DNA of 64,000 nucleotides from Octopus vulgaris (Eukaryota): contig OX597822.1 of assembly GCA_951406725.2 (NCBI GenBank), positions 92,504,001 to 92,568,000 on the forward strand, written 5' to 3'. Under the pieces are notes generated by a model that saw only the letters and a program-made list of their open reading frames with translations, ran no database searches and had not been told where the DNA came from. Position numbers and translations under genes: made by a program. Below, piece by piece: positions 44,481 to 58,942 of the stretch (the first letter of the stretch is position 1; each line of letters begins with the position of its first letter).

Positions 44481-45759
44481 AGGTCAGTTTTGGCAAGGTT
44501 TTTACAGCTGGTAAGGTTTTACAGCTTCCAAACACCAACCACTTTACAGTGTGGACTGGGTGCTTTTTGAAGTAGCACCTGCACTGACAAGGTCACCAAG
44601 TACTTGCAAGACATAAAAATAACTTTCAAGAGAGGAGGAGGCACTGGAAGAGGTAATGATTAAAAGGTTATAGTGAGACAGATACAGGTGTCATGCTGTA
44701 GAGGAAGTACAAAGTTACCCAGCTGGAGAGGGAAAGATCAGGAATGAAGACAGAAACAGGTGTGCTACTGCAAAGACAATACACAGTTGCCCAACCTGAG
44801 GGAAGCGCAGGAAAAGGAGACAGTGGGATATGGTGGGATAGAGATGGTGGCAAAATGCTGGGCATACTAATAAGCAATGGGTATCAGAATATAAATGTGA
44901 TGGTTGAGTAAAGGAAGAGAGTGATATAGAAGGTGGAAAGTGCCAGGTTCAAATGTCATAGTATAAGTGGCAGAATATTGTGAAGGGAGTGTGATTAAAG
45001 AGTGTAAGTAAGTGGCGAAAGACCTGGGTATATATAGAGTTGGAGGGGCTACCTGATAGCAATGATACAGAGGAACAGGGGTGTGAGGACAGGATTGTGG
45101 AGTGAGAGCTAGGCATAGTGTATGAAGGAGGAAATGTGAGAAAGAGATGTAGATTGGTTTTTTGGGGTAGGGTGAGGGAAAACTTTTCTTATTACGTGTA
45201 GGTGGAACACCCAGGTCGAGGGCTAGCAGATAGTAATAATAGAATGAGACAAGGCATGTGGGTAGAACGCGCAGGTTGGGGGGAGGGGCAAGTGAAGAGC
45301 AATGATACAGTGGCACAGGGCCAAGAGGACAGGATTGGGGAGTGGGAGGTAATCACAGTACATGAAGCAGAAATGTGCGGAAGAGATGTAGAGACATAGT
45401 TTGGTTTGTTGTGGTAGAGTATGTGAGAAGTTTTCTTGTTAAGTGTGGGTGGACATACAGCACTTATCTCTGTATATATTATAATTCTGCTTGTTCATTT
45501 GTTCACACATTAACATTAAGATTGTTAGAGAGATGAAGACATGGAGTGAGAGAGAGGGGGGATAGAGAGTGAGAGAGATGGAGGAGGAATGAGTGAGATG
45601 GTAGATAGCCAACTGATGCATTACAAGGTCATTCACATGGTTAGTAGAAGTGAGAGGTGAAGAAAAAAATAAGATAGAAATGTTAACCATGTCAAGAGGG
45701 GAATTACATATTTAAAAAGTTTATTGAAGAGGTAGAGAGAAAGAAAAAAATATAGTGTT

Positions 45760-45793
<34 letters not shown>

Positions 45794-45796
45794 GAG

Positions 45797-46000
45797 CAGG
45801 GGGTGCTGAAAAGTTCCTGGTTTTAAGGGTATTGCAAAAGGCCTGACAGGAAGCTCAACCTTGTGAGATCTTTTTACCGGGCTTAGAAAAATTGAAGGAC
45901 TGCTGCAATAAGTGTGTGAATCTGAGAGGGGAATATGTTCAATAAAATCATAATTAACTGATCCTCCCCTATTTTCTTTTACCCAGGAACTTTCAAGGCA
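45797..46000 (+). mobile_element. mariner-derived MITE
   Basis: TIRs TGCTGAAAAGTTCCTGG / CCAGGAACTTTCAAGGCA; transposase C-terminal remnant NKCVNLRGEYV. Confidence 0.75.
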
Positions 46001-47130
46001 AAAAATTAATTCAAACATCAACAATCTTGAATGGAAAAATCTAATTGAACTTCAAAAAGACAATTAAAGAAGTAGGCAAAGGAAATGCTATAGTCCTGAT
46101 GGACACAAAATACTACGAAAATCTAGTATTATCCATGCTAGAAGCCCCTGTTCTTGCAAACCTAATAATGGGATATTTTGAATTCACCATATGTGAAGTG
46201 TTACTGCAAAAATATGGATATCCATTTCACCATTATAAAAGAGAGAACTGGAAAAGATACTTGGATGACTGCTTTATCATTTGGAAGGAGACCATTGATA
46301 AACTTTTGGAATTTAAATCAATAGTAAATAATAGAAACTCTAACATTCAATTTACAATGGAATGTAGCAAAGAACAGCTCCTTTTCTTGGATATTATGAT
46401 AAAAAAAGTCAACAACCATATTATAACTGACATTTATCATAAACCAATGGACTCAAAGCAATATTTTCTGTTTGGCTCATGCTACCTGAAACACATCAAA
46501 AGAAATATCCCCTTTAATTTAGCAAAATGAATTTGCACAATAGTGTCTGATAGAAATACTTGGGACCTTCATTTTCAAGACCTCAGAACAACACTAACTG
46601 AAAGACAATATCCACCCTTGCTTATAGATGATGGAATTAAGCATGCTAAGAAATTAGACATTAAAACACTAAGGGCAACAAAGCATAACACCACACCTCA
46701 TCTCAAAACACTACTGTATATATCAACTCACAACCCTAGAAACAATGACGTATACAACACTATTCTACAAAATCTACCTATGCTCACTAGGGATCCAAAA
46801 ATGAACAACATTCTGAAAATACTTGCATTCATCAAATGCAAAAAGCAACACAAATCCCTGAAAAGATTTTGTGGACATAACTATATGGGACAGACAATTA
46901 TGACACTGAGATGAAGAGCCACACTACATAAGGAACAGATCTGGTTCCTACAATACAGATAGATTCATTTAGCAAATACATAGAAAGATGTGCAGATAAT
47001 ATCCAACTAAACTTCACAGTTTTCCCTGTCTACCAGTGCAAATAAACAATATCTATACAAGAATGTTTAAATAAAGAATATTTGTTTATTGAAAAGTACA
47101 GAATATATCTAAATATGAACACATAACAAA
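46001..47130 (+). mobile_element. Penelope-like element RT plus GIY-YIG remnant, deleted
   Basis: APVLANLIMG, WKRYLDDCF, IQFTME, FLDI, TDIYHKP, IPFNLA, CGHNYMGQT. Confidence 0.87.
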
Positions 47131-47602
47131 CTTTGATCTCAGTATATATTTTAATTCATGATTACATACCTGTCACTGTACATATTTCATCTCATTACTT
47201 TAGCTTTTGAGTTTTTGTGTATATATATTTATTTATCCCCTCCCTGAAAGATGAGCAATTACCTCCTCTGTCCCCAATAATAATGATCACCAATTACTTC
47301 CCCTTAGGTTTTTCTACTTGTTGAATCATTCATTCACAAACTTCTCACACAATATGAACTAAAATCTTCTTAAGAAAATACGAAATTACAATATCTTCAA
47401 TGTCATGATTAGCAAAAGCAAAACTGATCGACAAACGCAATATTGAATGTATTAAAAAATATATTAAAACTATGTAAAATGCATGCATTTTCCTTCCTTC
47501 TATAATTATTTATATATTTTGTGCATTACAACTCACCATATGGGGATAATTGAAATTCCTCTCTTTTTGTTAGTATATATGTATGTATGTATGTATATAT
47601 TG

Positions 47603-47633
<31 letters not shown>

Positions 47634-47634
47634 T

Positions 47635-47665
<31 letters not shown>

Positions 47666-48428
47666 TTATATATATGTGTGTGTGTATGTAAATAAAAAAA
47701 TGTATTGTAAATAAACACTGACAGGTAAAAGACGTATACATATACTGAGTGCACAACTGGACAGGAGACAGACACAGAAGGTTCCTAATTGCTCAGCAGT
47801 TATCAACCAAATGGTAATACTTAGTTTCACACCATTAATGATAAGACTGAGAACTACATGCTGGCAGCACAAAAGAATATAGGATCTAGATCAAACAAAA
47901 CAAATCAAAGGAGACATACGAAATCTAATTGAAGATGTTGGACAAAGATGAAATAAATAAGAAACGAGCAAAATATAGCCTTAGGGCCAAAAAGACAAGA
48001 ATGGTGGATAATGCTTGAGAAGGTGTCCTAAAAGATATAGAAAACAGCAAATAGCAAGACACAGAGAATTTACCACTGGTCAGCTATGCAACCAGTATGA
48101 AAAAGGGAGAGAATGAAAGGAAAGCTGGCTACAGGTCATGTGTCAGCAGCAGGTAGAGGAGCAAGAGAGGGAGGGAAAGAAAGAGAGACAGAGAGAAAAC
48201 AAGGGAAAGGATGAAAGGCTAGAAATATAAGAGGACTAGAGAAAAAAAGGGGAAGTGGAAAGGCTAGAGATAGTAGTAAGAGGGTGAGAGAGAGGAAGAG
48301 TGAAGGCAAGACAGAGTCACACAGATACATAAAACTTACTGTTAATAAAAGTCAGGGTGTGTTGTGTTCTATTACTTAATGAATGATAAAATGTATTGTA
48401 AATAAACAACAGGTAAAAAACTTATACA

Positions 48429-48752
48429 GGCGCAGGAGTGGCTGTGTGGTAAGTAGCTTGTTTACCAACCACATGGTTCCGGGTTCAGTCCCACTGTGTA
48501 GCACCTTGGGCAAGTGTCTTCTACTATAGCCTCGGGCCGACCAAAGCCTTGTGAGTGGATTTGGTAGACGGAAACTGAAAGAAGCCCGTCGTATATATGT
48601 ATATATATGCGTTGTGTTTGTCCCCCTAGCATTGCTTGACAACCAATGCTGGTGTGTTTATGTCCCCGTCACTTAGCGGTTCGGCAAAAGAGACCGATAG
48701 AATAAGTACTGGGCTTACAAAAGAATAAGTCCCGGGGTCGAGTTGCTCGATT
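48429..48752 (+). mobile_element. SINE family 1, tail missing
   Basis: Matches 15709-16050. Confidence 0.9.
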
Positions 48753-48928
48753 AAATGAACACATAGAAAAAGAACATTAAGAAGAAATATAATCAAAGAA
48801 AAGCTATTTTTGTATTCAACTCTTGGCGATGTAAGTGGATAATGAAAGAATAAAAAATAAACATATGAATTCTATGTTATGACAATTAGAAACAGAGATT
48901 CTGTCATGACAATTATCTATTTATTATA

Positions 48929-48984
48929 TGATTGATTGATTGATTGATTCTAGTTTCAGCTTATGAGCTGTGGCCATGCTGGGG
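48929..48984 (-). mobile_element. 56-bp LINE tail-only insertion
   Basis: Reverse complement of about 3856-3906 with (AATC)n. Confidence 0.85.
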
Positions 48985-49425
48985 CTATATAGTAAACGTT
49001 TTTGAAAAATCCTGCTTCTTATATGAAAAGCTATCATAATTAATAATTTTGAAATATTTAAATATTTCAATGCCTTCTGAAATTTGTGACATTTTATTAT
49101 AAAATTACTATTAAAATTAATAATATTAATTTAGAAGAAATTATATAATGCATTTCTTCAAGGCAAAGATCACATGTAGAATTACCAATATTGCACAATG
49201 ATGCATAACTAATAATGAACCACTTTAAATCATACTTAATGTTCCTATCTTTCAAATCCCAAATGCATTTACTAAGATTTGTAGAATTACTTTTTCTTCT
49301 ATGCTTAAATGGATGAAAATAATTGTGAAATTTAGATTTCAATATTATGATCTCCTGTTATTACCTTACATTGATACACTATATTTTTCCTTAAACACTG
49401 ATTTGCTAAAGGACAGACAATTTTG

Positions 49426-50283
49426 GGATCTTTTCACTTTGAGCAGCAGATTTTTAAAATAATTTCTTTGTAACTAAACACTTTTAAACTTTGTATACTG
49501 GTAGTGTGTTACATAAAACATCTTTTTCTCTTGGCTTTCTTGAGAAAATTCTGTAGCTTGTAAGCTATTTGTTGTTTAATTTCTTGCATTTCGGCAATTT
49601 CAACCAATCAATGACGTCTATTAAGGTAAATGCAATGAGAAAAAAAGATACCCTGTGGCCATAAACTGAGGGGTCACTCGTAAACAGAGCTGGATAACAA
49701 AACTGTTCCCTCTTTAGTGTCCACCCATAATTATGACCCTGGTATCAATCTATTGCATTTCAATCAGTTTTAGGGTTAGGGTTAGGGTTAGAGTTAGGGT
49801 TAGGGTTAGGGTTAGAGTTAGGGTTATGGTTAGAGGTGGTGGAAGGCTATCTTTTTTTCTTCAGAAATGTAAATAAACCCAATCTGTTTCTTAAACGTAT
49901 ATATAATGTGTGTATCTATGCAACAGAGAGGGAAATTAAAACTGCATATGTTGTGAACTTAGAATTATGTGTTTATTAATAAAAGTTTAATAATGATAAT
50001 CTTTTATTCATATGAACGTAACTGATATGAAATATATCATAAATAACAGTGACAAATTCATATGACACCGCCAGAAAATGTTGTTGACAAAATACGGCAA
50101 ATATTGTATTCACCTCAATAGACGTCAGTGATTGGTTGAAATTGCCAAAATGCAAGAAATTAAACAACAAATAGCTTACAAACTACAGAATTTTCTCAAG
50201 AAAGCCAAGAGAAAAAGATGTTTTATGTAACACACTACCAGTATACGAAGTTTAAAAGTGTTTAGTTACAAAGAAATTATTTT
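49426..50283. mobile_element. MITE with about 165-bp inverted repeats and internal (TTAGGG)n
   Basis: 49457-49622 inverted at 50117-50283; telomere-type array 49770-49835. Confidence 0.85.
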
Positions 50284-52011
50284 CTCTTGTATTTGATACT
50301 CATGGTTCAAAGAATTCCTACTTGTTCTCCTCTCAGATTTAGGTGTTAAGGCAGGATTATTATTATTGTAATTAATATCAAAACTAGGTCTTAACTGTAT
50401 TATCAGAGTCAAAATGAATTTTACTTAAAGAATCATAATCTAGTTCAGGAAAATTATTAGTGTTAATTTCACAATCCACACTATCAATTCTACTCGTTTA
50501 CAGATTTTGAGTTGAGATATTCCCACATTTTCCATGTAGAGCTATAATCTCAGCCAAATTTCTAGTGATTGAATATAAAAATTTTATACTCTGACAATTA
50601 AATAATTTCACATATTTCTTTGAATGCAGGAAATATTTATCTAGTGCAGCAAAGAATTTATGATGCTTCTAGGAAGATTAGAATTTCTATTCACGTATCT
50701 TAAGCACTCATTTGGTTTATGATTTGGTTGGTATAGTTCAGTACTTAAATCCAGAGTAACATCAAGGAAGGTAACCTTAGTATAATCATTTACTATTAAG
50801 ATAGAGAGACTGAGATATTTAAAGCATTTGAAAAGATTTTTCCCGGACCTTTCCAAATTAACTTGACTAGATTTATATATAGTGAATAGAGTGTCATCTC
50901 TATATAATCCACCACCTAATTCAGGAAATTGACTATGTATACAATTAAGAATATAAATACCCACTAAATTGGTTACTTGAGCCGAATCACTGGACCCCAT
51001 AGTAGTGTTGAAATTATTGGGTCTATCAGTTCTAGTCCACTACTTACCATTGAATTCAATCATGGTCTTCCTAGTATTATATCAACTTCATGTTTGGATA
51101 AATCTGAATTCTTCATACAAACCAATCTTCATTAACTAAGTTCCAATGCTCAAAAGGTGTTTTTTACATGCCACTAGTACAGGTGCTAGTTATGCAACAC
51201 TAGCATTGGCCACATTGCCTCCATGCTTTTTACGTGCTATCATATGATATTGGCATTTCTACATGTGATCTTTGCTTTGAAGAAATGCATTATATAATTT
51301 TCTAAATTAATATTATTAAATTTTAATGGTAATTTTACAATGAAATGTTGCCACAAATTTCAGAAAGCATTTAAATATTTCAGTTCTATAAGTATGATTG
51401 TTTTTCATATATTACATAATAAGCATAATTTTTCTAAAAAAAGTTTACAATATATAATAAACAGATGATCTTCACAATGTAGAATTTCTATGTTTCTAAT
51501 TGACATAACACAGAATTCACATGTTTATTTTTTATTCTTTCATTATCCACTTACGTCACCAAGAGTTGAATACAAAAATAGCTTTTCTTTGATTATATTT
51601 TTTCTTAATGTTCTTTTTGTATGCATTCATATACTGGAAACATTTCCTTAGTTCACTTTGAATTTAACAAATTTTGGATCACTTTGGAAATGTGTTAACA
51701 AGTATTTTCACATATATTAATTTGAATGATATTTTCTATATCTAAATATGTTAATACAACAGAAACAATCATTGGCTTTGTATGGCAAACTCAAAGAAAG
51801 TTATATTTTCTATATTGTAAGGACTAACATAATAATCAGATAAATAACAGCCATCGTACTAAGCAATTGATATTGTTCTTCTTCATTCATTTCTCTGGTG
51901 CATCTTAACATTAAACTTCCTTGTTCCATTCTGCTTAAATGAATTACAGCCTTCTTCACATATTACCAACTGTTGCATTCCTGTGATGTTATGACAACTT
52001 TTGCATGGGAA

Positions 52012-52212
52012 TACTCTTTACTCTTTTACTTGTTTCAGTCATTTGACTGTGGCCATGCTGGAGCACCGCCTTTAGTCAACCAAATCGACCCCAGGACTTA
52101 TTCTTTGTAAGCCTAGTACTTATCTATTGGTCTCTTTTGCCGAACCGCTAAGTTACAGGGACGCAAACACACCAGCATCGGTTGTCAAGTGATGTTGGGG
52201 GGACAAACACAG

Positions 52213-52266
<54 letters not shown>

Positions 52267-52428
52267 GACAGGTTTCTTTCAGTTTCCATCCACCAAATCC
52301 ACTCACAAGGCTTTGGTCGGCCAGAAGCTATAGTAGAAGATACTTGCCCAAGGTGCCACGCAGTGGGACTGAACCCAGAACCATGTGGTTGGTAAGCAAG
52401 CTACTTACTACACACCCACTCCTGCACC
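52012..52428 (-). mobile_element. Full-length SINE family 1
   Basis: Reverse complement of 15709-16110. Confidence 0.92.
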
Positions 52429-53765
52429 TGGGAAACAAAATGACTAAACTTTAATTTCTTCTTATTTTCTCCCTACTTGTTTGAAATCAGTACATTGCAA
52501 GTATTGCATCACAATTTTGTACAGTTGCATCATATTTAGGAGTAAATATTGGTCAGCATACTTCAACTTTGACCTGATTGTAATTGAGGCGGCTAATAAA
52601 ATATGTGGATAATTTTTGGTGTTTAAAAATCTAAATCCTTTTCTCTGTTGGATTCCAAGTCAAATTTTTTCCACACTAATGTCTACTATGGTAATTTTCA
52701 AGTTACAAAAAATCATGTCGAAAATGGAGTAAAATGAGTGATGTCTAAGTGCCATTTCCCCCTGATCCTCTTTCATTTGACCTAGGATGAACATTGATGT
52801 GTATGAACCTGTTATCTTGGCTTACACATTTTGCCTTGGCCAAATTTCTCTTTTATATACTCAAAGGGAACAGCGATAATTTCCTGAAATAGTGATCATA
52901 TTATGTTATAATGCTTTTAATGCATTTAGGGAAAGCCATTTACTTAGATGATATATTTTTTGTAAGGTGGTGAACATTTGTAAAAAAATATATTTTGTCT
53001 CAAAGTCAAAAATGCAATAAAAACACTTCATTTTGCTACCCACACTCTCCCAATTAAAGAGGATCGAACTACACCAAGCCAAAGTTTGAACTATATGTAA
53101 CAGTAAATTTTCTATGTTACATTCACTCTTTTCGATTCGAAATGCAGACTTTACCAAGATACGGTCCGTGAACCAGTAAGATAACGAAATTCAGTCTTGT
53201 ATCGAAATGCCGTAGTCCCACCTTCAACTGGCGTCAACATACTTCGACCTACAAAGAAAAACAATGCAACCAACTACGATGCACAGAATAACCGGATTAC
53301 ATTTCTGCAACTTTTCACAGGACCAACAATTCGAAGTGCATCTGTAGCTGCACATACAAGGAAATAACTGCTGTCCACATAAAACAATATAAATGAAACC
53401 ATGGAAGACCACAAGTATAACATTTTCATCAGGCGATCACACAGAATGATATGGAGGAAACTATGGAAGTCTGCAAGCGCAACATTTTCGACAGTCACGC
53501 ACTTTTCGCTCGCGTCGTGAAGTGAATAAAAAAAACTTTCTTCGTTTTTCCACAATTCTCATAGACAATTGTGCATATAAACTTGGGAACTTAGTATACA
53601 TATATTTTTCTCTTGCATTTCAGTACCGATGTTTAGCAAAGGATAGTTGCTTCCATCCAAATTTGCCATTCTTTTGTTAACATTTCATTTCATACAGTTA
53701 TGTTTTCTGTTCTGCAAACTATTTGTTTACATGTTCAAAAACCCGCCACACAATTTTGTTCAAAC

Positions 53766-53852
53766 TTCCATGAAGACTAATTTTGCTAAGACTAATTCCA
53801 CGAAGACTAATGCAGTGAAGGCTAATTCCAAGGAGACTAATGCCGTGAACAC
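53766..53852. repeat. 15-bp minisatellite (AAGACTAATNCCNNG), about 5.5 units
   Basis: Direct reading. Confidence 0.8.
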
Positions 53853-53888
53853 TCCCAATTCATGTGCATTCATATTTTTTATAATGTG

Positions 53889-54688
53889 CTAGGCCTTTAT
53901 CCGTCGCTACGCTGGTAGTAAAAATATTTATTAATCATACACGTACCTTCTTTTAATAGTAGACTGTTATATAGTGAAAGCTACTATGATGATAACAGCT
54001 TGTCTATTTCTCTATCTTTCACACTCACACAAACACGCACGCACATACACTCTCTCTCTCTCACTATATTTCTCTCTAAACAACAACCTATTTTTTCTTG
54101 AAACAAATTTTACTTTTCACACACACACACTCTTTCTCTCTCGCAGATACTGCATTTCTCTTTCAACTACAACGTGTCTTTATAATGGAAGTTTTTTCTT
54201 AAAGCATGAGTTGCAGTGTTTCTATGTTGAAAAACATACATAAACACACACACGCATACACAAAGAACAAAAATAACTATCCATATTTTATGTAGTGAAA
54301 GTTTTTTTAAAGCTGTGTTGCGTTTTCTCTATATTGAAAGCCATACAGAAAAACATAGACGCGCGCACACATAAACAACCAAAAATGTAATTATCTATAT
54401 TGTTATTTAATGAAAGTCTTTTTTTAAAGCCGTGTTGACAGACTTGCACTTAAAGTTCCCGCGTTTTTAATCAAATCTTGTTAGCCACTATGGTGGCAAC
54501 ACTACCTAGCTATCTATCTTTCGCACACACCCTCTCTCTATCTTTGACACTATTTCTCTTTCCAAGAACTTTCTCATCCTCTTCTAAAATTACATTGATG
54601 TATATTTTGATCCCTCCCCATCTTTCTCTCCCTCCAATAGATGTGTCAGACGGACAGACGGAGATTTGCGTCTCTTTTATAATATAAG
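53889..54688 (-). mobile_element. Non-autonomous Helitron
   Basis: CTAG...CCGTCGCTACGCTGG reverse 3' end; TTTTATAATATAAGA|T reverse 5' end. Confidence 0.6.
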
Positions 54689-56427
54689 ATTTTCCTCATT
54701 GGCTGTTTACTCACTTTTTCATGCACTCGTATTATTCACGGTTCTCGTTGCATGTTTTTCGTTACATATTTTCTTTTAAATGTTTGCAGTTTTTCTGCAT
54801 TATTTGATATTAAAAAACATTCAACGATCACACATACTTGCATGTATGCTAACACCCAGCAACACACATTCACCATAGTATTTGTGCTCTCATTGACTTG
54901 TTTTCCATGCTTGTGCTTACTCAGTTCTTTTCTTGACTCAGTGCACGTCAGATATATTTTGGAATTCTGGAATGCTTATGTTTTCTGCGCCCTTGCTTCC
55001 AGATAGAACTTATGTCTGTAAGACCACAGGATGGTCACAGTATATATATAAAAAATTGCCTGTCTCAGGGCTCCAACAAGTTCTTTGCACTTTGTGTTCT
55101 TGCTTATCCACAGCAAATGTACACGACCACAATACCAAGCACACCAGGCGTCCGCGCTTCATTTAAGGCACTTGCAAAGCTTGCACATATTTGTCAGAAA
55201 TTCTCCAGATTATATGAATTGACAATGCACTCTCTTATCTCAACTCCTTTCGTTCAAAGTCCACAGCTGAATGTCCCTTGCATCACATCCATCTGTAACT
55301 TCACACTTTGCAATCACAATTTTGAACGTTCTTCAATTTTTCGCATAGTGCACATTCCTGTCTTTTTTCCAGTTATCAACAAATTATCTGAAGAGAACAA
55401 CTACAAAGTGTCTAAACCATGATCCGAAACTGAATCTACATTTTCCTACAAGTCATCAACTTATTGTCTTCGTCTTTGGCACTGAGAGATTTATGAGAAT
55501 GAACAGACTTCTTAGACCTTTCCGAGTTATTGATTGATCAGAACGGATATAGAGTATCCTTTATTTATTTTTTTTAGTTTGACCTACTTTAGTTACGAAG
55601 AATATAAAAATGCAACAGTATATAAGATTTTTTTTCTTTGTCTCCTGCTTCTGATCAGAAAACACCTTTCTTCTCTCCGTCCGGTGCCGATGAAGAAAGC
55701 GACACCTTTAGTCGAGGGACAATACAGCCCTTACTGTTTCTATCTGCCTTGAATTCCTTATCCTGTCTCTCTCTAGTAGCCACAAACAAATGAGTTAACT
55801 ATCAACACAATGGATTCGAGATCAACAAATAACTTGTGTACTGCAATCGAAGAAAGTTGTATTTTTTATATTGTAATGACTAATATAGTAATCATATAAA
55901 TAAATGGCCATCTTACTAAGCAAATAATATTGTTTTTCTTTAAGCAATTATACGATGCATCGATACACATTGATCTTTATACGCGATGACCTTTCGACTC
56001 AAGAAATACATGTCTTCTCTACTAAATGTTGCTAAAATACGGTCGTTATACACACGCGTGCGAGTGTGTGCGTGTTTAAAGTATATACACCGCCTTTATC
56101 TTCATATGATAGAATAAGAATAAAAAAATATGATGTGCACATCGGCTCTTAGATGAAATAGTGAGTGATTATGTGTATCATATAGCGATATCAATGTGTT
56201 TATTATTCTGTACTTCGCTAACAGGAAATTAAAATCAATGTGTATATACATGTCTAAAAATGTCGTCATTATTTCTGTCCGGGAAATAAGGGAGGAGTTT
56301 AGAGTGAAAAAATACTGATATGGAGAAAGAAAAAAACTGAAAGTAAAACAGTTAATGGTAAAGGAGAGAAATAGACATAAATGTAAGATTAAAAAGTATG
56401 CATTTATAAATAAATAAATATACATAC

Positions 56428-56574
<147 letters not shown>

Positions 56575-56694
56575 AAAATAGAAAATGGAGAAATACATCT
56601 AAATCAAATATATATATATATACATACATATATATATATATATAGGTGTGTATATGTATGTATATATATACATATATATATGTGTGTGTATGTG

Positions 56695-56772
<78 letters not shown>

Positions 56773-56862
56773 TGAGAGAGAGATAGGTAGATACAGAGAG
56801 GTGGAAACGAAGGGGAATTAAGCTGTAGGAAGAAAGGAAGAGAAATATAAATTTCTCCATAA

Positions 56863-56895
<33 letters not shown>

Positions 56896-57024
56896 TTCAC
56901 TCTCACGTCTCTTACTGTTAACCTCTTTTCAATACATCTTAGTAGAAGGTAGTAAGATAAAATGACCGAGATAAAAACAAGTGTTTGAAAGAAAAATAGA
57001 AAGGTAACAGAAAGCAAATAGCTT

Positions 57025-57181
57025 AGGAGTGGCTGTGTGGTAAGTAGCTTGCTAACCAACCACATGGTTCCGGGTTCAGTCCCACTGCGTGGCATCTTGG
57101 GCGAGTGTCTTCTGCTATAGCCCCGGGCCGACCAATGCCTTGTGAGTGGATTTGGTAGACGGAAACTGAAAGAAGCCTGTT
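57025..57181 (+). mobile_element. SINE family 1, 5' part
   Basis: A/B boxes and CORE-like block. Confidence 0.88.
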
Positions 57182-57343
57182 GTAGAGTTAGTAAAAGTTT
57201 TATCTTCATTTCACTAAATTTATCAAGCTTCTGTGTTTCTAGTACATACTTCGCCTTTAATCTACTTATATATGGAAAATATATGGCCGGTGCTAGAAAC
57301 ACCAGCGAAAATAATTAATTTTATTTTATCGCATTTTGAATTT

Positions 57344-57396
<53 letters not shown>

Positions 57397-57408
57397 TATG
57401 ATAGGCTT

Positions 57409-57475
<67 letters not shown>

Positions 57476-57477
<2 letters not shown>

Positions 57478-57850
57478 TTGGTAGGCGGAAACTGAAAGAA
57501 GCCTGTCGTATATATACATATATACGACAGGCTTCTTTCAGTTTCCGTCTACCAAATCCACTCGCAAGGCATCGGTTGTCAAGCAATGCTAGGGGGACAA
57601 ACACAGACACACCCACGCATATATATATATATATATGCGTGTGTGTGTGTGTGTTTGTCCCCCTAGCATTGCTTGACAACCGATGCTGGTGTGTTTACGT
57701 TCCCGGCACTTAGCGGTTCGGCAAAAAGAGACCGATAGAATAAGTACTGGGCTTACAAAGAATAAGTCCCGGGGTCGATTTGCTCGACTAAAGGCGGTGC
57801 TCCAGCATGGCCGCAGTCAAATGACTGAAACAAGTAAAAGAGTAAAAGAG
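57476..57850 (+). mobile_element. SINE family 1, 3' part with internal inverted duplication
   Basis: Two consecutive hairpins, 57476-57557 and 57569-57687. Confidence 0.88.
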
Positions 57851-58182
57851 AGAAAGCAAATAGAGAGAGAAAGTTATAGAAAGAAGTACAAAGAAGAGAG
57901 AAAAGGGGGAGGATCCAGTCAATTTGGCGGCCAGATTTTTTGATTATTTTTTTAACAATGAAACACTTTGAAACATGGGATACTGGTAGAATGTGTCACA
58001 TAGATCAAGGTTTACACTTAACGCTTTTGACAAAATTTTGTATTTTAGAAGTTATTTCATGTTAAAGTTGTATTTGGGTAATTTTCGCCAAGCAATGACG
58101 TTATATTCAACTAAAGAAAATTGCTGCTGCTGTTTGCAAACTTCCGGGTCCATTACACACACACACACACACACACACGAAC

Positions 58183-58218
<36 letters not shown>

Positions 58219-58605
58219 CATCCAACCCATACCAGCATAAAGTTTTTTTTTCCATACACGTCAGCTTAATTTAATTCGTCTTTAGTCGAAAGACACCTGT
58301 TGTTATGTCCTGTTATTTGTATTTGTGTAACATTCTCCGTTTTTTCCCGTCCTTGTTTTCATATACATTCGCTGCTTTCTTCCAAGGAATCTAATGCTCT
58401 TAGCTTAGTGTTTCTTTGGGGCTGGCCAGATTGGAGCAATCACGAGTATAACCAGCCGAAATTGCAAAGATAATCTGGAACTCGACTGAGGAAAGAAAAC
58501 TCCGAATGACCCGTCCTTGTTTTTTTTTTGTATCGTCTATCTGGATGTTTTGTTGTCCCTTTTTTGTGACACCTAACTGTCAGTATGTTTTGCGGCGTTC
58601 TATTT

Positions 58606-58660
<55 letters not shown>

Positions 58661-58688
58661 TTATATATATATGTATGTATGTATGTAC

Positions 58689-58732
<44 letters not shown>

Positions 58733-58760
58733 TTATATATATATGTATGTATGTATGTAC

Positions 58761-58824
<64 letters not shown>

Positions 58825-58840
58825 GTATGTATGTATGTAC

Positions 58841-58917
<77 letters not shown>

Positions 58918-58942
58918 TGTATGTATGTATGTATGTATGTAT

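Larger units (their letters stand above)
48753..51632 (-). mobile_element. Naiad/Chlamys-type Penelope-like element, degraded, bounded by inverted pLTR-like copies
   Basis: MGSSDSAQV..LVG, GGLYRDD, FLDVTLDL, HKPN; STNLSKCIWDLK...CDLCLEE; 48753-49200 inverted at about 51245-51632. Confidence 0.8.

Noticed and set aside
49770-49835. Chromosome end
   Set aside because: Short, degenerate and internal to a MITE
54830-55760. Possible coding remnant of higher complexity (also 11360-12110)
   Set aside because: No recognisable motif or sustained ORF by eye; needs tBLASTx
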